Translations under genes and position numbers: made by a program
Assembly: GCA_946965045.2 (NCBI GenBank)
Contig: OX337242.1
Span: 2,790,001-2,854,000 of the forward strand
DNA from: Epithemia pelagica
Taxonomy: Eukaryota; Protista; Bacillariophyta
Direction: 5' to 3'
Length of the DNA: 64,000 nucleotides
Part shown: in pieces, positions 32,761 to 44,386 of the stretch
How positions within the stretch are numbered: position 1 is the stretch's first letter
Layout: each line of letters starts with the position of its first letter
The notes under the pieces: model-generated
What the model was told of the DNA's origin: nothing
The model's database searches: none
What the model saw: only the letters and a program-made list of their open reading frames with translations

Positions 32761-33216
32761 ACAAGAAACCACGACGGATCCCCATAACAATTACAACAAC
32801 CAGACCGCATTTGTTCTTGTCACACTGGACGAAAGAAGAATGACATACTCTCAACGACAACTTTCATCGCAACAAACTAGAAATCGTACCTTGGTTTTTG
32901 ATTCGCAACAGGAGGCGTAGTGTAACAAAGAACAACAACAACAAAGAAGAGCACTACCTAGTACGATGTTATGCTTCTGTCTTTCTTGGAACGAGAATCC
33001 TCCTCCAGTATTGACCAACTAGTAGATCAGGATTCACGCCAACAACAAAAGACCAGACAAATCTCTTTGTTTTGTGGCACCGCATTGCAGTCGGGTCGCC
33101 AATTATGTGGTCGCAATGGCATGAAGAAAACAATACAATTACTGTTTGAGAGTAAAATGATAAATGCTAGAGTTCCGCTAATGTTAGGACATACATGCAA
33201 AAATACGTTGCAAATT

Positions 33217-34437
33217 TCAAGTTCCATCCTTCCCGTCATCACCACGGTGCGTCTTGGACCTTGCGCGTTTACGAGCTGTTGTCGAGGAAGTGAAGGGGGG
33301 AAAATGAGCATCTCCGATGCCCATTCCTTCCCGAAAATGATGCCATCCGTTAAGTTGCTGCTCACAGAGTCGACGAAAACACCACGTATGCTTGTCCAGT
33401 AGTGGTAATGTCGCACAGGTAGGGTTCTGAGATCCACCAATCACGGCAACATGGTTGGCAACAGTCACCATACTGCAACCACTGCGAGAATTCGCGAATG
33501 GTGGGAGATTCCACACGTGGTTGCGGTGCGTATCCAAGACTTGCACGGTTGAATCGGCTCGTCCTCCCGCCACCACCAGACAAGATCCCACGGCAACCAC
33601 AGCACAAGACCTTCGTGCATTGGAAAGCACCAAATCAGAATGAGTGGTCCAGGTGGGTGAGAAAAAAATGAACGTCGAGCCAGTTTCCTTTTCAGTCTCA
33701 TCACTGTCAAAGGGTGTTGTGCCGTCCAAATACTCCACCAAGTCAAGATTGCCATGCTCATTACGGCCTCCAACGACAAAGATGCGGTGACCAATAACCG
33801 CACTGGCACATAATTGTCGAGGAACAGCCATGGATGGTCCAGCAGTGACAATGTGATTGTTGGTATCAATAATATCCACTGACGACAAAAATTGATCGTT
33901 GTAATAGCCACCCATTACAACGATGTATCGGTTGTGAACCGCGACAGCACAACATCCTGATCGTCCCATTGATAAGCGACATGTCAATGTTGTCCAATGA
34001 CTATCCTGAGTGGTGGTGGTTGTTAAGGATGATCGAAGCAAATCATTGCCATCAATTCGCTCAATACAATCCAAAGGTCCTCGCCTGTATCCTCCCATCA
34101 CGTACACGCTGCCATTGCAAGCAACAGCGGCATGATCGTCACGTTTCTTGCTCATGGGTGGTCCTTCTCGCCATTGCTTGTCTGGGTCTGATAGATTCAA
34201 TACAAGAACTGAATCCGTGGTACCTTGGCCTTGTTGCCATCCTCCCAACACGACGACCGTCTGCCCCCTGTTATTGTTGCTATCGTTTTCCGTATCGGGA
34301 TGGTCCAGTACGACCGAAGCATGATCCAAACGCCATCCACCCTGGAGAGGAGGCCAGTCCTCGAAGTTCCATTGTGCTGTCTCTTCCAAAAGAACAAGGC
34401 CCGACTGCCATGCCCGTTCTTTCAGTGTTCTTGTCAT
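33217..34437 (-). CDS. Kelch-repeat protein, copy 3
   Basis: Intact ORF from the conserved ATG at 34437. Confidence 0.9.
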   Translation of the reverse strand: MTRTLKERAWQSGLVLLEETAQWNFEDWPPLQGGWRLDHASVVLDHPDTENDSNNNRGQTVVVLGGWQQGQGTTDSVLVLNLSDPDKQWREGPPMSKKRDDHAAVACNGSVYVMGGYRRGPLDCIERIDGNDLLRSSLTTTTTQDSHWTTLTCRLSMGRSGCCAVAVHNRYIVVMGGYYNDQFLSSVDIIDTNNHIVTAGPSMAVPRQLCASAVIGHRIFVVGGRNEHGNLDLVEYLDGTTPFDSDETEKETGSTFIFFSPTWTTHSDLVLSNARRSCAVVAVGSCLVVAGGRADSTVQVLDTHRNHVWNLPPFANSRSGCSMVTVANHVAVIGGSQNPTCATLPLLDKHTWCFRRLCEQQLNGWHHFREGMGIGDAHFPPFTSSTTARKRARSKTHRGDDGKDGT

Positions 34438-35638
34438 GGTCACGGCGCTGACAAGAAATTGCGGCACGAGAAGTATTTGTGAGCAACGCGTGGAAGCTTT
34501 GCCGCGTGTGGAAAAGGTGTGCCTGTCCTGCGTACGATGGTGAAGGGCATTCAATCGCACATAGAATTCATGACACGCCCCCAAAAGTATCTTCTGTGCT
34601 GCGCAAGATACGACGACATAACAAGAGGTCCTTTTGTACGATGAAGAGGTCCACAGATCGACAATCCCTAATTTCCAAGTCATCTCGTCCACGCCATTGA
34701 TGGAACACCATAATTCCCTTGGTCCTATACAGTCTGTTCACAACGACGACAACAACAACAACAACAGAGAGAGTGGTCTTCGTTTGATGCAATGAACCGA
34801 AAAAGTGATCTTCTTGATGCGAGTGGGCATCATATAGTGAAGGAAGCAAGGCCACAAGTACAACTACACAAAAACTAGAATCCGACGACATGATGGACCA
34901 GAAGGAGCATGATGTCATTCATCCCATTGTGACTCGCTTCCCGTGCTGCATTAGCAGCAGACGCCTGCATTCGTCTTCTTTGGATCGCTTTCGAAAATGT
35001 CACATGGATGTGGTTGGATCGCAAGGGCTGGTCCCCTATGCCATTATTGATACCAACTCCATCAATCATCTTTATGGGAGAGCCAAAACCGTCTCGTGCC
35101 GTCTTCGCCAGTTGTCAGCAATGCTCGCGCATGTGGTCCAATGATTGTGGCAGACGCATATCGCACTGGCTCAATGGCCTCCGTTCGCCAAGGTGGGTCT
35201 CAGGACCGGTGGCTGCTACATTTTGCCAATGGGTGATGTTGTCGTCTTGATTGGAAACCGCAAGAGCTCAAGGAACCAAAAGTGGACCGGGGGAGTCGTC
35301 GCTTGGATCCACCTGGCGTCGAGAACGTACAAGAGTTTTGTGTGTCCGGTTCCGGCAAAACGACCTACAGCCAAAATAGAGCCAACCTAGATGAGGATAT
35401 CACGACAAACAAGAGAAGCCAGTCTCGCGAATGAACAATTAATCAACATTCCTGTCCTGCTCGTGACAAGGCTTTGTTGGATGAGTTCGTGTTGCTTGTT
35501 GTCGCTTTCTGATTCTGCTGCTTAGTTCGAGGTACAAAGATTGTCGTGGCGGAGTGGTGATGGAACCAAGGTCACAAGCACAACTACATAGAGACGAGAA
35601 TCCGACGACATGATGGACCAGAAGGAACATGATGTCAT

Positions 35639-36220
35639 TCATCTCATACTGACTCGCTTCCTTGTTGCATTATAGCAGCAGACGCCTGCATTTGAGGAGA
35701 CAAAGCAGCAAGAGGACGAACAAGAGTAAATGTTAGGAGCGATCACGAAGAGAGGAACGTTCATCGGCAAGATGGAATGACCGAAATCAAAGGAGAAGAC
35801 GGCGACAACCATGGTCAAGGTTCGATGGAACCACGGAGTCGACTCGTTGCCCGTGGAGGAGGAGAAACTGCTGTTGGTCGACGGCTGGATGATGGTTCCT
35901 CGTTGTTCTTGTTGTTGGTTCTTGGTGGCCGGAACGTTGTGATTTGATTGGACCAAAGCTTGTGGCGGTGGTTGTGGTTCCTGGTTTGGTTGTGGTTCTC
36001 CTCCTCGTGTTGGTGGGAAATATTTCCACAGGTCCATTAGGAGGAACACTGCCACCACCGACACCACCACCAATGCGTTTCGTACGGCTGGTAGAGTCAC
36101 TCGTCGCTGCCCTTGTTGTTGTGGTGTGGTACTGCTAGGAGTCGTTTGACTTGGATTCCTAGTTTGTGACCAGCGATGCCGCATGTGAGCGGACGCGGAG
36201 AAGGATGGGAAGGACGACAT
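35639..36220 (-). pseudogene. 5' fragment of a GT11-like gene (signal anchor and stem) fused to unrelated sequence at ~35810
   Basis: MSSFPSFSAS...PWFHRTLTMVV matches the GT11 N-terminus, then switches into the antisense of the LRR-remnant region. Confidence 0.75.
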
Positions 36221-37046
36221 GGTCCTGTGGAACAGAGAATCACACAGTGATGAGAGGAGAGGATGATGCCCGTCGTTTCTGTCGTCTCGTCTAGAGCTGA
36301 GTGGGTACATGAGGCCAATCCTTTACCACTTGCAAACAGGGTGTGGAAGTTGGAAAATCAGCCATTAGACTTAACTTCCCAACTAATAATTCATTAGACA
36401 GTTTACTGTGATGCGACTTGTACCCACTAGTTAGTTCAACATGTATGATTAAATTAACTTAAACTAATCAAATCACAAAACCACGATACAGAATGAACTT
36501 GCAACTAATAGTCTAACACGACTTAGGTACTAACTTGACTAGATTAAATATGGTTCCAATGAAGAACCTGCCACTTAACTTAGACTAACTTTGAAAGTCG
36601 TAGTTTCTTTTCTGAGTCTGCAACTAGACTAAGCAAGTCCAAGTTGCAACTTTGCCCCTTGTAATTAAACTTCATCCCTCTGTCACCTCCATAGTTACAA
36701 CTATTAGTTGCAACTTCTTTGTTGTCGTAGTCACAAACAACAACTTTTATTCAGAGGAACCATTCACTCTTATCTGTTTCTACGTATTTATTCACACTCT
36801 TCCTGCACATATTTACCAATATCACTCCCAGAGGAGTAGAACGTTCACGACTCACGACAGAGGTTCAACCAACACTCACAACTCACAACTCTCAACCTCT
36901 CAACATTCACCAATCCACTGTCACCTGTCACCTTTACCTCTGTTCCTTTCCATCAACGACACAACCTTCAGTTTTCCCGCCCTTCTCATTTCTCTGCCAC
37001 TATTATTTCCCCATCCCCAACCCCATGCATCTAATATTCAAGTACA

Positions 37047-37996
37047 ATGGAAGCATCAGATGACCGTACAATCAACCTTGATGTGACTTGTCACCAAGTC
37101 ATCACTGTGACCCATATTCCAATGTCGTTCATGACCATGATGCTAGAGGACTCAACTTTGTTAACCACTCCCTTGGAAAAGGCGACACAAGACTTGGCAA
37201 TGGAGAACATAAAAGATGTGGTGTTGCTGTGGCTTACCCGGTACAATGGAAGTCTGCACTACCAACAAGTCGACTATCCATCCAACACAAGCCACCCTTG
37301 TTTATCTCCAAGTCGCATGTCATTCGAAAGCTTACTGAACACTGTCTGTCGAATAGTGTTTACGGGTCTGTATTCCCAAGAAGATGACTCATTCCAAGTC
37401 ACATACGAGATGAACCCCCCCCCACCGACGACCTCCCCTTCATCTCCATTGAAGGAAAATGCCGACCAATATTTTCTTTGCCTTGCTCCAATGGTCTCAG
37501 AGCTTTTCAAAAATTCAATGCCGATTACCATCAGCAAAACAACTACACTAAACTTTCCGTGGAATGGAATCTTCTAACCTGGATGACCCGACACAATGCC
37601 AGAATCCAGGTTAGAAATTCCTTTGACCTACGGACGGAGTGTCCTATTTGTATTAGTCCAAGCATCGACATCGTTGTTGAGGACATTGTTGCGCATACTA
37701 AGAAGAGCACGAAGGAGGATGACCCTTACTCAATGAAACTGGATACAACGACGTCCCCTCCTCCTATTGATACAAGTCCTCCATCAACTCCAGTTGCCAA
37801 AGCTTCTCAATCTACCATGGGCCCAAATAGCAACAACGCTTCTACTTCTGTCACCCATGAATATTGGGCTTCTTCTCCCGTCATTGATGAATATTGGACC
37901 AAGCGACAATTTTCCCCCACTGCCCATGTCTTGACTCGGCAAAGAAAAACTGTTCTCTGCCATGCTTTATTGCAATCATGTGCCGCCAAGGAATAG
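37047..37996 (+). pseudogene. Unknown N-terminal region probably contiguous with the glycosylase (frameshift ~37505, TAG 37994)
   Basis: The 37478-37996 frame equals the 38018 frame with only one TAG between them. The 37047 frame switches near CTTTTCAAAAATTC. Confidence 0.45.
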
Positions 37997-38017
37997 ATAG
38001 TCTATGGCGACAGACAC

Positions 38018-38890
38018 ATGCCTGGGACACCTGCAATTACCAAACCTGTCATGACCAGAATGTTTCGCCCTTCCATCCCCATTAGAAACCAATCCACAAT
38101 TGATTCCCGGCTGTTTTTACTTGATAATCTTTCCCATTTACGTCGGTATTTCCTTCAGTCTGGTTTGGAAGCCCCCAGAGACACATGGTCCGAATGGATT
38201 ACCAACAATATGTCGGAATATGAAGACTCTGACCCAACCTTCATGTGTCTCATTGTTATCTTGATGAGCTCGGCCACATCAGATCAAAGTCTCTCACAAG
38301 TGATCCCTCGCTTATTCCAATCGGGCATCACTAGTGCACAAGGAACAATTGAAGTGTCTACATATTTTGGGATGGATGTTTTCTGTAGTTTGTTTGCAGA
38401 AACAGGACAGTATCGTGTCAATGCGGAACGCATAGTCAACGCCGCGGACTATTTTGTCCAGCGACACAAAGGTCGCATTCCTAAAGACATTTCCCTTACT
38501 GAGCTTATGACCTTACCTGGAATTGGCCACAAGACGGGAACAATCATTCTACAAACGGCATTTGGCCGGACGGAAGGAATTCCCTCAGATATTCATGTTA
38601 TCCGATCAACTAAGGTTCTCAATTGGACGGAATCTCATATCAATGACGGCATGGAATGCTCTTTGAACCTTCAATCATGGCTTCCTAAAGAACGATGGGA
38701 GGAGATCAATCCTTTATTTGGTTCTCTAGGACAACTACTTAACAAATCACAGACCAGAAGCAAGTGCCAAGAACAAATGGAGTCTTTTATTGTGGCTCAC
38801 TCTCATGACCAATCCAAATCTAAATCTCCAGCGAATCTTCGCCATCTCAAGTATTTCTTTCTGCAGTTGATAAAAGAATATACTAAATGA
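38018..38890 (+). CDS. Endonuclease III (Nth)-like HhH-GPD DNA glycosylase/AP lyase lacking the 4Fe-4S cluster
   Basis: LMTLPGIGHKTGTIILQTAFG..GIPSDIHVIR matches Nth LPGVGRKTA..LNTAFG..VDTH.R, with catalytic Lys and Asp. Also LQSWLPKERWEEINPLFGSLGQ. No C-x6-C-x2-C-x5-C after GQ. Confidence 0.88.
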   Translation: MPGTPAITKPVMTRMFRPSIPIRNQSTIDSRLFLLDNLSHLRRYFLQSGLEAPRDTWSEWITNNMSEYEDSDPTFMCLIVILMSSATSDQSLSQVIPRLFQSGITSAQGTIEVSTYFGMDVFCSLFAETGQYRVNAERIVNAADYFVQRHKGRIPKDISLTELMTLPGIGHKTGTIILQTAFGRTEGIPSDIHVIRSTKVLNWTESHINDGMECSLNLQSWLPKERWEEINPLFGSLGQLLNKSQTRSKCQEQMESFIVAHSHDQSKSKSPANLRHLKYFFLQLIKEYTK

Positions 38891-38992
38891 CTGTCAATAT
38901 ATTGTATTTACCAAAATGCACTGCGATTATGGATGTATAGTTTCCGTGACGTTTCTTCCATTGTCACCTTCAGTGACGTTCGTGGTCGGAGA

Positions 38993-41900
38993 TCAACTGG
39001 TACCGTCATTGTCCGCACTTGAGACTTCCTTCTCTGCAAGTCTTGAGCTTCTTCTCGTTGGCGAGTCGTTTGGGGTTGGGGGTGGTTTGCGATTGTCTTT
39101 CTTGCGTGGTGTTCTAACCACAGTTCTTGCGAGTGCCTCAGAGAGTGAATTCTGTTTCGTCCGTTTCCTTCCTTTTTGAATAGTTGAAGAGGCTTTACGT
39201 TTCCCACTATCTCCTTTCGTGCCTTCATTGGCTTTTGCAACGGGCAGACTAGCAACAGTCTTCTCCAACGCGGTTGGTTGAATGAGTTCATTCTTTCTTT
39301 CCTGGATGGCTTCTTTTAACGCCGTGTTGGAATCTTCCTTGTCTTCGTCATCGTCGTAAGGAGCAACAACTTTTCGATCCAAAGCCTCTAGTTGGTCGTC
39401 ATCTCGTGGATCGTCTACCAGATCAACCAATTCGACGTCGTCACATGTCGCATCGCTCACAACTGTCTTCTTATCAACCTTTTTGACCGACTTGAACTTG
39501 TAACTTGTTTCCGCCGTTATGCCGTGGGCACCAATAGTTCCGGACAGTTCGTAGAGTTCCAGCTTCGACGTTGCTCGTAGTACCGTTTCCATCCGAGTCA
39601 TATCGGATTGTGTTGGTGTGGCTTTTTCCAGTGGGACAACAGGAACTTGTGTTCCTGCTGCCAGGGTGCGTTGTTGTGCGGTCTGTTGTACCTGACTGAC
39701 TTCTTCCCCTTTAGATTCCTAGCTGAGATCTATCACCTTCTTTGCTTGGCGGCCACTGGCTGCCTTTTTTCGTCGGAGGTCGCGCCTTGTTTGAGTAGTT
39801 TTTCATTCTTGACAATCTCAGAGCGCACCTCCCTTGTAATACTTTCCATAGTGCGCATTTCAAAGTTCTTGTCTAGCTGGCGTCTCATTAAGGGATTCCT
39901 ATCCATGAACGACGACCGAGAGAACACGCGTTCCTGGAATGCGTTTGTCGCAGGTTTCGATATCCAAATCAAGGCACTAGGAAAGAGTTTGGGGAATAGC
40001 ATCTTGTTGTCGGACCACCATTTCAAGACGTCAAAATATTTCCCAACGACATGGAAATAGTGTTCCGTACAGGCCAACTTGAATTCTTGTCGTTTTTCAG
40101 GGTTCCACGAACCAAATAGTTTCAGAAATGCGGCAGTGGGATACTGGCGAATCAAGTCCTCCCAGGATCCATGAACAACGTTCTCGCAGAATTCGAGATA
40201 GCGTCCGAACTGTTCATCACACATCTTGTATAGCTTGGCTCTATCAACTTGGTCATCTGTACTGGTACTTGTCGCCGTCGCCTCCATCAGTGCAGCATTT
40301 TCTTTCTCCTTGGTGATGCGATGTGTCTTGAAGATGTTAAAGCAGTCCATTACATTCAAGACAGCTTTTGGGACTGAAGACTCTTCCTCTTCGTCCTCGA
40401 TGATCTCCACAGGTGTACTTTCCTTGTGTTGTTCACGTTCCTGCTGATTCGACTTGGACTGGGGATTGGTGCCATTCTTCTTTGGCTGCGAGAACTTGCG
40501 GATAATGTCCATCACAAATTCTTTCCGAATCCGTTTAAGACTCTCATCGTCGTAAACCTTTATGGTTTTCAGTATGTTGGGACCATAAGATGCAAGGAAA
40601 GGATGTCCACACATGGCGTGTTCAGCGTGGGAGTCATGGCCTTCCTGAATGTAGTTTGTATATTCCACAAGTACTCGCTCGATCAACAATTGACTCTTTT
40701 CTGACAATTTGTCGTATGTTACAATGTCTCGATACGATTGAAGCTTGGCGATGGTGAGACTGGCATCCCATGGGCGTGCATTAGGCCCAGTAACAGTCAA
40801 CACGGGCACTCCCTTATCTTTCATAACTTCCACACAATGCTTACTGGTGAAGATTTCGAGCAATGAACAAGCCGATGCAGAAGGGTCGTCAACTTGGAGT
40901 GACATGGAGACTTGTTTGAGTGGGGCCAAGATTCCCTCGAATTCGGCCAAGAGCTGCCAGTCCTCTTCAGAGGGATAATGTTTAATGAATTCGTCGTCCT
41001 TGTACTCAAATTTCTCTTTTGTATACATATCCGTTACAAATTTGTTCCGGAATAGGTCATGAAAGGTAATGATGCAGCCTCCAACACGGGTTGTATTCGG
41101 CATAGAGACTTTGATGACCTTCCTCCCATGTTTTAGGGCGTAGGAACGTAGCTTTTCAAATCTTTTGGCACGCGAACTCATCATCCATGCTGCAAATTTG
41201 AAGAATTTTCTATAAACAGTCATGAATTCCTCGTTACTGTCCACCACTTCGCCTTTTTTTCCGGACTGCCAGACCTGTGGAGTGTTTCAAGATCAGTTCG
41301 GCCCTGTGCATGTCGCACTTGCCGCCTGTCTTATTACCCACTATATACTTTCCAGCCAACACGGCGGAGTTCGTGTTGTCATTCACGGAGGCAGAGAGGT
41401 CTTGTTGCGTAAAGCCGACAGCGTTGAGGATTGATGAGGTGTGGTCGGCTACTTGTTTTGCTGTATGGCCCTTTGTTGAGCAAAGGCCAATCGGGAGTCT
41501 GTAAGATTTACAGTTCCGAGGATCGGTGAACATCAAACAAACCCCAAGGACATCCTTGTCATTTCCCTGCCAGATGTTGTGTGTTATCGTAGAAAAGGCG
41601 ATGGGTTTGTTGCATAGATCATGGTACGCTTGTCGTACGTTTTCTCCAAGTTCCGTAGCGGTCTTGAGAAAACCATTGTAGGACTCCAATCTCATCCGAG
41701 TGATTGCTTTGTTGCTTATGGAACAGTCCTTTTCCTTGAGCTTTGGGGCGTTGGCAATTGCACACTTAAGAAGATCTCTAAACGATTCCTTCTCAACAGT
41801 TGATGCCGGGAAACCACAGTCATTCACGAACTTATAAATTGACTGATGAAACATTACTCTGGCATCTTGTTTGCTAACCATTGTGCCAGAATACATGGAA

Positions 41901-42655
41901 ATGGGTTGTTGAGTAGGGTCGGTTGCAACAGAGGCAGTATCTTCCACGACTTCGGGGTGGTATTTACCGAAGTGTGTGCTGATGTTGGACGAAAGGCCTC
42001 TGCCAAGACCAAGGAGACATTTGTCGAGACTAACAGTCGGGTCGTCGAAGCAATGTGGACAAACAACAAGCTTCTTTACAATGGAATGATAGCCATTGTT
42101 CATTTCTTTGTCTTCATCAGAAGCTGACTCTAACAATTGCAGACACGAAAATAAACCTGGCATTTTCCCCAAATTGACAGCGGGGTTTGATTTTAAGGTC
42201 TTCTTCGTGCTGGTCAATTTCTTGAAGTTCAGGTAACGAACTTTTCCAAAGAACGAATTTTGGAAATTTCGAAAGAGCTTCTTCGGAGGTGGACAAAACG
42301 AGACATGTGATTTCTCTTGTTTGATTTCATCCTTTTGGCTTTGTGTCAAGGGTCCCTCGTCCGTAGGAGCAGGAGCAGCAACTTGTTGAGAGTTGTCTTC
42401 ATTGTTGGCTGTTGTAGGAGGCGCCTGGTTTTCATTTTCTCTTTCATTGGTTGTTGTCGGTGGGTTCATGGGTTCTTCATTGTTGTCGTCACCTCCAGTT
42501 GCTGACGATAGTGGAGCTTCTTTGGAGGATTGAGATGACTGCTGTTGATTCTTTCCTTGGGGAGCCATGGCATACATGAATGTCGCTGATGAAAGACTGG
42601 AAACAGCAGGGGAGTTCAAATCTACTTCAATGTCCTCGATTGGCAACAAAGACAT
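38993..42655 (-). pseudogene. hAT transposase (BED finger, DDE core, hATC dimerisation domain, charged tail), split by two homopolymer frameshifts and one stop
   Basis: CPHC...HFGKYH (BED); ITHNIW (first D as N); VNDN; CDMH; PNTTR; VLKWWSDNKMLFPKL...PATNAFQERVFS. Shifts at T7 41254-41260 and T6 39765-39770; TAG at 39719-39721. Confidence 0.88.
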
Positions 42656-43682
42656 GTGCTTTCAACCAGAGATTGGTTGTTTGATTCCGACAGTGTCAAC
42701 TGGAAAAATCACACCTCATTCGTGTGCTGTAACGCTTCAATAAGCCACAACAGAGGTGAAGAGATTGTGTGTTGGGTTCAGTGTTAAGAGGTAAGAGGTA
42801 AGGGGCCAGTACCGATTATATCTTGTTGACTGTGTTTGTTGCTGTAGGATAGTGCCAAGTGACCAAGTGTCGACAGTCGACACTGACACTAGTTGCAATG
42901 AAGTAAAATTACAACTTGATTTGGAGAATTTAGTTCTCATCTTGAGACTTGCAATTAGACTTCAGACTTCGAGTCACTAAGTGGAGACATGTAACTTGAT
43001 TGAACTATGTGAGAAAATTGCAACTTGGATAATTACATTGGTGTGTGCCAATGTTCCGGTAATAAGAGCTTGTAAATAACTAAGTTGGATGGGTCCAAGT
43101 CAAGTTCGATGAAAAATGTGAGCGATTTGACTTTGTGCAAAAAGTTCGTTTGGGAAAGGCTAGTAATGTGATTTGATTTGTGAAATTATGGTGAAAAAGT
43201 TCAAAAGTTGCAGAACTTAGAAAATTTTTCGCGAGTGACTTCCACACCCTGCTTGCAAAACAACAGCTGGAGCATGACACGTCGGAAATATGACGTCAAA
43301 TCCGGGTAGGCCGATCGCTATGCTGACGTATTGGGGCTTTCTGATTGGCCTCGTTATCCGGATATCGGCCAACCAACAAACTCCACACATCGCCCGCCTC
43401 GCCGGTAAAAGCACCTCCGCTGCCAACCGTCGCCCCGCTCGCAGCCAGGCGAACCACCATCTAGTACCATCACACATCTCACCACCCTGCTCTACGAAAC
43501 AACAAAAAAGGACACAGCGGCACCAAGCCCACGTCAAACGACACACCATCGCCACCCAAAAGCAACACCAAAAACGTCCATCCAGCACGACGAAAAGCGC
43601 ACGGACCTTTGTCTCAGCGCCACCTTGCCTTTTATTGGGCACCAACAACCATCCAAACGAGTAGTATTGTAGTCACCTTTTG

Positions 43683-43920
43683 TGTAGTACCGAAATGCCG
43701 GATTGGATTCACCAATGCCTCCTCTTGACACTCCAAGTGTTGCACCAGTACCCCGAGTTGAAAGAGGCTTGGTCCACCTTTTGACAATACTTGGAGTCCC
43801 ACAATGGATTTTTTTGGCAAACCGGCCACACGGCGGAACTGTGTTGTGGGGCGAGTCAAGTCCCAGAGATGAGAGTGCGCGGAACGTGCACCACGGATTT
43901 GACTCTGTGTGTTTGGAGGC
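43683..43920 (+). pseudogene. 3' fragment of a GT32 paralogue (copy C)
   Basis: Homologous to 17105-17340; same TGA at 43782-43784. Confidence 0.7.
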
Positions 43921-44386
43921 CCGGTATCGGACCAGAAATCACGACGGATCCCCATAACAATTACAACAACTAGACCGCATTTGTTCTTGTCACACTGGAC
44001 AAAAGAAGAATGACATACTCTCAACGACAACTTTCATCGCAACAAACTAGAAATCGTACCTTGGTTTTTGATTCGCAACAGGAGGCGTAGTGCAATAAAG
44101 AACAACAACAACAAAGAAGAGCACTACCTAGTACGATGTTTTGCTTCTGTCTTTCTTGGAACGAGAATCCTCCTCCAGTATTGACCAACTAGTAGATCAG
44201 GATTCACGCCAACAACAACAAGACCAGACAAATCTCTTTGTTTTGTGGCACCGCATTGCAGTCGGGTCGCCAATTATGTGGTCGCAATGGCATGAAGAAA
44301 ACAATACAATTACTGTTTGAGAGTAAAATGATAATGCTAGAGTTCCGCTAATGTTAGGACATACATGCAATACGTTGCAAATTTCT

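Larger units (their letters stand above)
36337..43251. mobile_element. hAT-superfamily DNA transposon (6915 bp) carrying a DNA glycosylase gene
   Basis: Perfect 14-bp TIRs CAGGGTGTGGAAGT (36337-36350) / ACTTCCACACCCTG (43238-43251). 8-bp TSD CTTGCAAA at 36329-36336 and 43252-43259. Empty paralogous sites at 16661 and 23782. hAT transposase inside. Confidence 0.95.

Noticed and set aside
38720-38890. 4Fe-4S cluster or DEMETER-type RRM/CXXC domains after the glycosylase
   Set aside because: Only one Cys follows the GQ motif and the ORF ends ~50 aa later; the DEMETER link is analogy only.
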